Sequence record: NC_026927.1
DNA: 64,000 nucleotides
Reading direction: 5' to 3' (one strand)
The first letter of the stretch is position 1. The number at the start of each line of letters is the position of its first letter. A model generated the notes under the pieces. The model did not search any database. It had not been told where the DNA came from and worked only from the letters and a program-made list of their open reading frames with translations. A program made the translations under genes and the position numbers. Of this stretch, positions 1 through 7,667 are shown in pieces.

Positions 1-2
1 CA

Positions 3-728
3 CTCATTGGTATGGGGGCTAAGCATGGGAGGAGTATTTGTATCCCCCATAAACAAAGTTTTGGGCAATCATACTACCAGGATCTTCGTAGTAATATCTA
101 CGATGCTTTCAACCTCTCACCCAATGGTGTAGGTATCAGTAGGTTCCCCACAGTTCAGGAAGGTAGTTTCCACTTTGATGAAAACTTATTTGAGAACCCA
201 CCAGAGGAGAACTGTAACCTCTATGGATTCTTCCAGAGTGAAAAGTGGTTCTCACATATCAAAGAAGGTATTAAGAAAGAGTTCACTCTAAAGGATGAAT
301 ACCGGGAAGTGGCACAACTGATGAGAGAACAACTCTCTGGTCAGGTTGTTGCTATTCATGTTCGTAGAACTGACTACCTATCCAATCCAAACCACGGAGC
401 ATTGGGTTTAGATTACTATGAGAAGGCACTGGAGTTGGTTCCTAATAACCTTACAGTAGTTGTATTCACTGATGATCCAGAGTGGGCTAAAGAACAACCA
501 CTCTTTCCAGATGATAGGTTCTTTGTATCAGAGACAGACTGTCCCTATACAGACCTTGCTCTTATGAGTATGTGTGATTATCATATTATTGCCAACAGTT
601 CATACTCTTGGTGGGGTGCATACTTATCTGATAGTAAGAAAGTAATTGCTCCTAAACAGTGGTTTGGGGAACCACTTAAAACAAATAACCTGAAAGATCT
701 TTATTGTGATGGGTGGGTGAAACTATGA
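3..728 (+). CDS. Glycosyltransferase family 11 (alpha-1,2-fucosyltransferase-like), 5'-truncated by the window edge
   Basis: GT11 motifs VAIHVRRTDY and DLALMSMCDYHIIANSSYSWWGAYL. The frame is open from base 3 and the usual N-terminal GRLGNQMF motif is missing, so the true start lies upstream. Confidence 0.9.
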   Translation, partial: LIGMGAKHGRSICIPHKQSFGQSYYQDLRSNIYDAFNLSPNGVGISRFPTVQEGSFHFDENLFENPPEENCNLYGFFQSEKWFSHIKEGIKKEFTLKDEYREVAQLMREQLSGQVVAIHVRRTDYLSNPNHGALGLDYYEKALELVPNNLTVVVFTDDPEWAKEQPLFPDDRFFVSETDCPYTDLALMSMCDYHIIANSSYSWWGAYLSDSKKVIAPKQWFGEPLKTNNLKDLYCDGWVKL

Positions 729-1348
729 GTAACTTTGCAAGTGCTAAACAGTTTATCAAGAATGGTATTGATACACAACAGGAGTCTATCTCTGGTGGTG
801 GCAGCACTATGGCTTCCACAGTTGCCTTCAGATACTTCCTACCAAAGTATATCAAACAGTATGGTATTGAGAGTATCTTAGACATTGGGTGTGGTGACTG
901 GCATTGGATGTCTACTATCAGAGAAGAGTTTCCTGATGTAGACTATGAGGGATGGGATGCCTCTGAGGATATGATTAATCCCATGACTGAGAAGTATGGA
1001 ACAGAGAATACCAGGTTTGAGGTAAAGGATATCATTGATAACAAGTATCCCAAAGTGGATTTGGTTATCGCTCGTGATGTTCTATTCCACCTCAAAGAAG
1101 ATTACCTAAAGAAGGTTCTCAAGAATATCAGTAAGGCAGGTGTGAAGTATCTACTAGCAACTACCTTCCCAGGTTTACCTAAGAACGAAGAACTCACTCC
1201 TAAGAAATATGACGGTTGGGGATTCAGACCAATCAATCTGGATATCGAGCCTTATAATATGAAAGATTATTGTATCAATGATTTCAAGGAAACCACAGCC
1301 CCCAACAGGGGGTATCATCGTCATGTGTATTTGTATGAGGTAAAATGA
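725..1348 (+). CDS. Class I SAM-dependent methyltransferase
   Basis: Motif I ILDIGCGD, then YEGWDAS and DLVIARDVLFHL. ATG at 725 overlaps the GT11 stop (ATGA). Confidence 0.85.
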   Translation: MSNFASAKQFIKNGIDTQQESISGGGSTMASTVAFRYFLPKYIKQYGIESILDIGCGDWHWMSTIREEFPDVDYEGWDASEDMINPMTEKYGTENTRFEVKDIIDNKYPKVDLVIARDVLFHLKEDYLKKVLKNISKAGVKYLLATTFPGLPKNEELTPKKYDGWGFRPINLDIEPYNMKDYCINDFKETTAPNRGYHRHVYLYEVK

Positions 1349-1497
1349 AGATCGAAATTGAACTCTCTAAAGATGTAGAATACAAAGGAGAGAAACTAGG
1401 TGAGTATATCTGGAACCTAGAAGAGGGAATTAATCATGTTACTGGCTTTGGTGATTCACTTGAGGAATGTTTTAAGGAAATTGTGAGGTTTAGATGA
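1345..1497 (+). CDS. Small hypothetical protein (50 aa, MKIEIELSKDVEY...)
   Basis: Translated by hand. ATGA overlaps at both ends couple it to its neighbours. Confidence 0.7.
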   Translation: MKIEIELSKDVEYKGEKLGEYIWNLEEGINHVTGFGDSLEECFKEIVRFR

Positions 1498-2225
1498 AGA
1501 AAGTAGCTATTATTTTTATTGGAACAGGTAGATACCTAGAGTTTCTACCAAAGTATTATGAACAGGCAGAAGCAAACCTCTTCCCTGACAGACCCAAACA
1601 CTACTATGTGTTTACTGATGGTGACTTAGGTAATGAACTACCTGACAATGTAACTGTATACGAACAGGAACATCTCCAATGGCCATACATCACCCTCTAT
1701 CGTTTCGGTATTATCCAGAAACACCTAGAGGAGATTGAGAAGGAGTGTGGTTTCCTACTCTTTATGGATGCTGATACACAGGTAGTATCCCCTGTATCGT
1801 TCGATGAAGTATTCAAGAAGGGAAAACCCTATACAGGTGTTCATCACCCCTGCCACGCCCTGAATATGCCACCACACAATGAGTTTCCTGGTAGTCTAGA
1901 AACTAATACAGCATCCAAGGCAGCATGTAAACCTGGTGATGACTTCTCTGTATATTGGCAAGGTTGTGTATGGGGTGGAAACATCAAGGGTGCTCGTAAG
2001 ATTATTGATACTCTCCACCACAGAACTAAACAAGATGAGGAGAATGGAATCATTGCTAAGTGGCATGATGAAAGTCATATCAATAGATACTTCCTTGACA
2101 ACAAAGATAAGGTGAATACCCTATCACCTAGTTTCGCATACCCAGAGTCCTTCACTGAGTATATGGAAGACTACGAACCTAAGATTGTACACCTAGCAAA
2201 AGAGAATTCTAAGTATCAGGTATGA
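1494..2225 (+). CDS. Glycosyltransferase family 6 (ABO/alpha-1,3-Gal/GalNAc transferase-like)
   Basis: KVAIIFIGTGRY, FMDAD (DxD) and WHDESHINRYF, which are GT6 hallmarks. Confidence 0.9.
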   Translation: MKKVAIIFIGTGRYLEFLPKYYEQAEANLFPDRPKHYYVFTDGDLGNELPDNVTVYEQEHLQWPYITLYRFGIIQKHLEEIEKECGFLLFMDADTQVVSPVSFDEVFKKGKPYTGVHHPCHALNMPPHNEFPGSLETNTASKAACKPGDDFSVYWQGCVWGGNIKGARKIIDTLHHRTKQDEENGIIAKWHDESHINRYFLDNKDKVNTLSPSFAYPESFTEYMEDYEPKIVHLAKENSKYQV

Positions 2226-2845
2226 GTTACTTCACAGATTATGACAACGAATTCACAGTATTCGAGGCACCAAAGAACGGGGGAACTACTCTCCGTCTTT
2301 GGATATACTACGCAGGAACAGGGGAGTTGGTGAAGTCAGCGGAGTCTGAATACTACGCTGGCACTGGAGAAACATACAAACAACTCCAAGAGTGGGGTTA
2401 TGTGAATGGGGAATACGAGAACCCCAAGACCCAGATGGTATGTATCAAGAGAGACCCTGTAGATAGGTTTGTAAGTGCCTTCTATGATAAGGTAATCAAA
2501 GAGGGGAGAATCAAAGTAACCATCGATGAGTTTCTCTCAAACTATGAAGAGATACTTGATAAGTCTACCCTCAAGATGAATGATGGTAAGACTAACTTCA
2601 TGAAGTTTCACTTTGAGTCACAGACATATCACTTCGGTAAAGATAAAGATCTATATCATAAGGTCTTTGATATCTCAGAGGTTGGTACTGGTCTGAAGAA
2701 GTATCTGGAGGGTAAGTGGAATATAGAACTACCTGATGTCCATGCTAGAAATAGTGGTGGTGGTCGGAAGTTTGATCTCTCCAGGGGACAACTGAATAAG
2801 GTGAAGGAAATCTACACACAGGACTATTATAATGGCTGGTACTGA
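2222..2845 (+). CDS. Sulfotransferase (Sulfotransfer_2-like)
   Basis: PAPS-binding motifs: 5'-PSB APKNGGTTLR and 3'-PB KRDPVDRFVSAF. Confidence 0.75.
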   Translation: MSYFTDYDNEFTVFEAPKNGGTTLRLWIYYAGTGELVKSAESEYYAGTGETYKQLQEWGYVNGEYENPKTQMVCIKRDPVDRFVSAFYDKVIKEGRIKVTIDEFLSNYEEILDKSTLKMNDGKTNFMKFHFESQTYHFGKDKDLYHKVFDISEVGTGLKKYLEGKWNIELPDVHARNSGGGRKFDLSRGQLNKVKEIYTQDYYNGWY

Positions 2846-3617
2846 AGGATATATCCTGATAGGTATTGGTGATAGGTATCTACAGATGACAGAGAACCTC
2901 ACTAAAACTCTAAAGAAACATGGAGATAATAGAGGATCCCTAACTATCACAAGATCGGATAATAGGGAACTCTATAGTGAGTGTAACACTGAGTTTGAGA
3001 GGAATGGAACTCTACCTAAGATTACCTTAGATAGATACTTACCTTTTGATCACAATATATTCCTAGATGCTGATATGTTATGTGTAGGTGATACACAACA
3101 TGTATGGGATCTATTCAGGAGTAGTGATCAGTTTGTTCAACAGGTAGGATGTTTGGGAAGAGATCCTAACTTCCACGCTCACCAGTATGAGAGTGAGTTG
3201 GGTTTTGAGATTCCTAGAGTCCATGGTGGTTGTATCTACATCAATAGAGAGAAACTAGACCCAGGGTTCTTTCCCTATATGAGAGAGTGTTTCCTAAACT
3301 ATAAACAAATATTTCATAATAGTGGTCTAACCTATAAGAATAGTAGACCAGATCAACCACTATACGCTCTAGCAAATGGTATGTGGGGATTCAAACCTGT
3401 GGATCTATACACTAACCCTATCATGACTATTGTGAATGATAGCACCCCACCCCCACTAGATAGTGTGTTCTTCAATAAGAAGAGGGGTCCTAAGTTAGAT
3501 ACTCCTGTTCCCTTTGTTCATGTATTCCGTGGAGAAGAGGGTATGTCTAGGGGTTATACTAGAGGTGACCAGAAGATGTTGTTGTCCCATTATGATTACT
3601 ACCTGAACTATGAATAA
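2832..3617 (+). CDS. GT-A fold glycosyltransferase (GT8-like)
   Basis: IFLDADML DxD motif, HGGCIYIN, DQPLYALA, and cluster context. Confidence 0.7.
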   Translation: MAGTEGYILIGIGDRYLQMTENLTKTLKKHGDNRGSLTITRSDNRELYSECNTEFERNGTLPKITLDRYLPFDHNIFLDADMLCVGDTQHVWDLFRSSDQFVQQVGCLGRDPNFHAHQYESELGFEIPRVHGGCIYINREKLDPGFFPYMRECFLNYKQIFHNSGLTYKNSRPDQPLYALANGMWGFKPVDLYTNPIMTIVNDSTPPPLDSVFFNKKRGPKLDTPVPFVHVFRGEEGMSRGYTRGDQKMLLSHYDYYLNYE

Positions 3618-4398
3618 AACTATATGGATGTGTTGGTTCCAGGGTTGGGATAAGGCACCAGAGATTACAGAGAAGTGTTTAGAGTCCTGGAAACACTACA
3701 ATAGTGATTGGGATATTGTTCTACTAGATGAATCCAACTACAAGGATTACATCTCCATTGATAAAGAACTACCAGGACTGAAGACAAACTATATCTCACT
3801 GGGTGATATCCTTCGTCTCTTTCTACTAAAAGAGCATGGTGGAGTATGGGCAGATGCAACTATCTTCTGCAACAAACCAGTGGATTGGGTTTTGGATTAT
3901 GAGGATTCTTTCATCTTCACCAGGAAGGATAAGATGATTGCCTCTTGGTTTGTTGCTGCTCAGAAAGATTCCCATGTTGTAGATGTATGGTATAATAAGA
4001 TGTTAGAGTTCTGGAAGTATCGTATGGAAAATACAGATACTTTCGAGCAACAATATGGTTGGATACACGCTTTGTTCCGTCAGTCCTACGCTCAGGATAA
4101 TGGGTTCAGGGATATTGTAGATAGTATGGATAAGATTGATTGCATGAGTGATGGTCAATCTAGAGGTAAGGGTCCGCACTTCTTTGCACCCTACAGTAAA
4201 TACTTCTACAACCCTATCAGTGACACGATAAAGAATCGTATAGACTCTAAAGTTGATCCACTATATAAGTTGTCTTACAAGGCAAACACAGACTGGAGAA
4301 GTCCAGAGAACAGGGGTATCCACCCAGCAGACCAAAAGATTATGTTGGAATATCCAACTAATAGTGAACTACATTATCTACTCAACACATTAAAATGA
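3610..4398 (+). CDS. Capsular polysaccharide synthesis protein (Caps_synth/GT32-like DxD glycosyltransferase)
   Basis: IWMCWFQGWDKAP and GDILRLFLLKEHGGVWADAT. Confidence 0.85.
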   Translation: MNKTIWMCWFQGWDKAPEITEKCLESWKHYNSDWDIVLLDESNYKDYISIDKELPGLKTNYISLGDILRLFLLKEHGGVWADATIFCNKPVDWVLDYEDSFIFTRKDKMIASWFVAAQKDSHVVDVWYNKMLEFWKYRMENTDTFEQQYGWIHALFRQSYAQDNGFRDIVDSMDKIDCMSDGQSRGKGPHFFAPYSKYFYNPISDTIKNRIDSKVDPLYKLSYKANTDWRSPENRGIHPADQKIMLEYPTNSELHYLLNTLK

Positions 4399-5300
4399 CA
4401 AATAAATCATTGGTTACCGGTGGCGCGGGTTTCATCGGGTCACATATTGTGGACCGACTTATTACACTAGGACATCAAGTCGTAGTGATTGACAATGAAT
4501 CCTCTGATGGTCATGATGAATACCATTGGAACAGAAGCGGACAAGTACAAAACCATAAGGCAGACATTCGTGACTACGATGCAATCAAACACTTGTTTGG
4601 TGGAGTCAATAATGTTTTTCACCTTGCCGCTAAAGCATCAGTACAGGCGTCAGTAGATAACCCCCTACCAACTATTGCCACACAGGTAATGGGAACCGCC
4701 AATGTATTGGAGGCAGCACGACAATCTGGTGTGAGTAAGTTTGTATATTCCTCTACTAGTGCTTGTTATGGTAACAACAACCCCATTCCTAATGTAGAAA
4801 CGATGAGAGAAGATCCTCTCAACGCCTATGCTATTGGTAAGTTATCTGGGGAACAACTAGTTCGTGCCTATCACTACCTCTATGGTATGAAGACGGTGGC
4901 ATTCCGTTATACCAATGTATATGGGGAGAGGGCAAGACATGTAGGACACTATGCTCCTGCTGTTAGTAAGTTCCTAAAGATGAGAGCACAGGGAGAACCT
5001 CTAACTATCTTTGGTGATGGTGCCCAACGCCGAGACTTTATTCATGTATCTGATGTAGTCAACGCTAACTGCTGTATTACCTATGAGGAACTAGAGCAGT
5101 GGGGTGAGACCTACAACATTGGTTATGGTAAGAACTGGAGTATCCAAGAGATTGCAGACTCTATCAGTCAGGAACAGATTCACCTATCTGCTCGTACTGG
5201 TGAGATGCGTGAGACGCTTGCTGATATTGGGAAGGCAAAGGCAGAGTTGATGTGGAAACCAAAGACTGACATCATGGATTGGATTAGGGTACAACTCTGA
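4395..5300 (+). CDS. NAD-dependent nucleotide-sugar epimerase/dehydratase (extended SDR)
   Basis: VTGGAGFIGSH, FHLAA, catalytic YAIGK (YxxxK), RDFIHVSDV. Confidence 0.92.
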   Translation: MTNKSLVTGGAGFIGSHIVDRLITLGHQVVVIDNESSDGHDEYHWNRSGQVQNHKADIRDYDAIKHLFGGVNNVFHLAAKASVQASVDNPLPTIATQVMGTANVLEAARQSGVSKFVYSSTSACYGNNNPIPNVETMREDPLNAYAIGKLSGEQLVRAYHYLYGMKTVAFRYTNVYGERARHVGHYAPAVSKFLKMRAQGEPLTIFGDGAQRRDFIHVSDVVNANCCITYEELEQWGETYNIGYGKNWSIQEIADSISQEQIHLSARTGEMRETLADIGKAKAELMWKPKTDIMDWIRVQL

Positions 5301-5917
5301 TGCCAGTATTCCAGAAGGACAACAAGAAAGTTCTATTCATCCATGTTCCCAAGACTGCGGGGAGTTCTGTGAATAAACTCTTTGTGAATAATGGATATGA
5401 AATGTCCTACTATTCTGAGAGTTCTAAAGATCTATACAATGGATTATGTGGACCACAACATCTGGACTCACTTCTATTGGAAGATGAGTTCCAAGATTTC
5501 TCTCAGTTTGATTATATCTTCTCTATCTTCAGAGACCCAGTAGACAGACATCTATCTGAGTTCACCTGGGCACCCTGGGGACTAATGGGTAGAAACATCT
5601 ACACACCAGAAAGATTTGATGAGTGGTGTCCTAAGATATTCAGGGCGTATCAGGACTCACCATATAGGATGGATAACCACATTAGACCTCAACATGAGTT
5701 CTATGTGGATGGATGTGATGTGTATGACTATGAGAATATCGATACACTCACAGAGAAACTATGTGATAAAATAGGTCTAGATAATAAAGAGATGCCATAT
5801 GAAAGGTCTTCACGATATGATAGTGAGGATTATGTCATCTATGAAGATACTTACGATTGTATCACTGAATTTTACAAAGGAGACTATCAATGGCAAAAGG
5901 ATTCAGTCCTGTTGTGA
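5300..5917 (+). CDS. Sulfotransferase (Sulfotransfer_2-like)
   Basis: FIHVPKTAGSSV, FRDPVDRHLSEF, HIRPQHEF. Confidence 0.85.
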   Translation: MPVFQKDNKKVLFIHVPKTAGSSVNKLFVNNGYEMSYYSESSKDLYNGLCGPQHLDSLLLEDEFQDFSQFDYIFSIFRDPVDRHLSEFTWAPWGLMGRNIYTPERFDEWCPKIFRAYQDSPYRMDNHIRPQHEFYVDGCDVYDYENIDTLTEKLCDKIGLDNKEMPYERSSRYDSEDYVIYEDTYDCITEFYKGDYQWQKDSVLL

Positions 5918-6768
5918 CTAAGGATAAGAACAAGTCCCAGTTCAAACTACAGGGTGTTCCTAGGATTTACTACATCAGTTTAGATGATCATGCTCATCGT
6001 CAAGACTATATGGAGTCCCAGTTTGAAGACTGGGGCATCACTAACTTCGAAAGAATCTCTGCTCATGATGGTAGAGGTGATAATGATCTGAGTGATATTC
6101 TCAAAGGATCTTATCCAAAGATGATGAGTTCTGGTGAGGTTGGTTGTGTAACCTCTCACCTAAAGGCACTAAAACACTGGTTAGATACTACAGAGGGTGA
6201 AGAGTTTCTCCTTATGATGGAGGATGATTGTGATATCTCCACTGCTTCCCACTGGGGGTTCTCCTGGAGAGAGTTTGTTGGGAATATTCCATCCCATGTA
6301 GATTGTGTTCAGTTAGCAGTTATCAACCCATCAGAACTACATATCAAACTCCATATCAGGTTTGTGAATGATTTCTCCACTGCCTCATACCTAATCCGTA
6401 GATCACACGCAGAGAAGTTAGTTAGACTCTATTGTAGGGGTGATAAGTATAAACTTGATAGTGATATCAAACCCAGAGCAGTTGCTGATGATCTTATCTA
6501 CAACTCTGGTGTGACTCTTGCTATGCCTCTATTTGCCTTCAAGATTGCACTAGGTTCCAGTATCCATGATGTCCATATCAATACCTTCCACAAGAGTAGT
6601 CATGATGGTATCTGGGAGTTTTGGAAGAAAACAGCACCAACTATTGAGAACTGGAAACCATTCTTCAACTATGATGCCTATCTGGGAACCCTACCACCCA
6701 ATGTTGTGGTTCAACAATGGCAGCAAAAACAGGAATCCAAAGCAAAAGATTCAGGGGCTTCGCAATAG
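5890..6768 (+). CDS. Glycosyltransferase family 25 (LPS/LOS biosynthesis-like)
   Basis: IYYISLD...RQDYM, GEVGCVTSHLKAL, MMEDD, TASYLIRR. Confidence 0.85.
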   Translation: MAKGFSPVVTKDKNKSQFKLQGVPRIYYISLDDHAHRQDYMESQFEDWGITNFERISAHDGRGDNDLSDILKGSYPKMMSSGEVGCVTSHLKALKHWLDTTEGEEFLLMMEDDCDISTASHWGFSWREFVGNIPSHVDCVQLAVINPSELHIKLHIRFVNDFSTASYLIRRSHAEKLVRLYCRGDKYKLDSDIKPRAVADDLIYNSGVTLAMPLFAFKIALGSSIHDVHINTFHKSSHDGIWEFWKKTAPTIENWKPFFNYDAYLGTLPPNVVVQQWQQKQESKAKDSGASQ

Positions 6769-6778
6769 AACATATATA

Positions 6779-6787
6779 TGTTATAAT
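6779..6787 (+). promoter_or_regulatory. Extended -10 (sigma70-type, early) promoter for the hli-petF-hli unit
   Basis: TG-T-TATAAT 26 nt upstream of the hli ATG. Confidence 0.65.
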
Positions 6788-6812
6788 ATTTACATTCACC
6801 CATGAGGTTATT

Positions 6813-6932
6813 ATGAAATTTGGTTTTACCCCCGAAGCAGAAATCCTAAACGCTCGTTTGGCAATGTTGGGATTCGTTATCGCCGTAGGCACTTACTTGA
6901 CCACAGGTCAGATTATTCCAGGAGTTCTTTGA
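6813..6932 (+). CDS. hli: High-light inducible protein (short HLIP)
   Basis: [21 protein letters not shown] carries the ExxNxRLAM chlorophyll-binding motif. The real start is ATG 6813 after GAGG. Confidence 0.95.
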   Translation: MKFGFTPEAEILNARLAMLGFVIAVGTYLTTGQIIPGVL

Positions 6933-7225
6933 TGGCGTTTTCTGTAACACTTAGATCACCTACTGGTGAAGATAAAGTTGTAACAGTGGAGGGAGATCAA
7001 TACATCCTAGATGCCGCAGAGGAAGCGGGTGTATATCTCCCATATTCATGTAGAGCTGGTGCTTGTTCATCCTGTGCAGGTAAGATTGTATCTGGAAAGG
7101 TGAATCAAGAAGACCAGTCATTCTTAGATGATGATCAGATCGAAGCAGGTTTCGCACTCTTATGTGTAGCTTATGCCGAATCTGATTGTGTGATTGAGAC
7201 GGAAAAAGAGGAAACCCTTTACTGA
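6932..7225 (+). CDS. petF: Plant-type [2Fe-2S] ferredoxin
   Basis: [15 protein letters not shown] and FALLCVAY. Confidence 0.97.
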   Translation: MAFSVTLRSPTGEDKVVTVEGDQYILDAAEEAGVYLPYSCRAGACSSCAGKIVSGKVNQEDQSFLDDDQIEAGFALLCVAYAESDCVIETEKEETLY

Positions 7226-7230
7226 GACTG

Positions 7231-7380
7231 ATGTCTAATCCAAACGCTCTATATGAAGATATGGAGAAACTGAATGCCCTCTACGAAGAACTTTGTTGGG
7301 GGCATAACGATGAACTACAATTTTCCCATGACGGGGAGAGCATTATTATTACCAATAAAACCCAGGAGAAACAAAAATGA
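7231..7380 (+). CDS. Small cyanophage hypothetical protein (MSNPNALYEDMEKLNALYEELCW...)
   Basis: 49 aa translated by hand. Its stop overlaps the hli start. Confidence 0.75.
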   Translation: MSNPNALYEDMEKLNALYEELCWGHNDELQFSHDGESIIITNKTQEKQK

Positions 7381-7586
7381 CAGTAACAACTGAAGACGGC
7401 GGACGCACAAACATGTACGCCACTGAACCCACTATGTTTATTGATCCTTCTTACACTGAGAAGTATGGTTTAGAAACACACGCTGAACGAGCTGAAACAG
7501 CAAACGGGCGTTGGGCAATGATTGGATTTGTTTCTGGTATTGTATCCTATGTTATTACTGGTAACTTCTTCTTTGGTGTTATCTAA
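7377..7586 (+). CDS. hli: High-light inducible protein with a Psb34/Ssl1498-like N-terminus
   Basis: TTEDGGRTNMYATEP N-terminus followed by AERAETANGRWAMIGF. Confidence 0.92.
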   Translation: MTVTTEDGGRTNMYATEPTMFIDPSYTEKYGLETHAERAETANGRWAMIGFVSGIVSYVITGNFFFGVI

Positions 7587-7592
7587 TATTAG

Positions 7593-7620
7593 AAGGAGGG
7601 TTTGATACCCTCCTTTTTTT
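7593..7620 (+). terminator. Rho-independent terminator
   Basis: Stem AAGGAGGGT/ACCCTCCTT followed by a T-run. Confidence 0.85.
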
Positions 7621-7627
7621 GTGCTCC

Positions 7628-7635
7628 TATAAATA
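7628..7635 (+). promoter_or_regulatory. T4-type late (gp55) promoter
   Basis: Exact TATAAATA upstream of a fibre gene. Confidence 0.8.
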
Positions 7636-7667
7636 CCTTCTAGGCACCCACACACCTTCGTATCAAA

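Noticed and set aside
6717-6812. Longer N-termini given by the ORF track for hli (6717), talC (15943), GT2 (55929) and others
   Set aside because: They overlap upstream genes or promoters. Downstream ATGs have RBSs or stop-start coupling and match the family N-termini.
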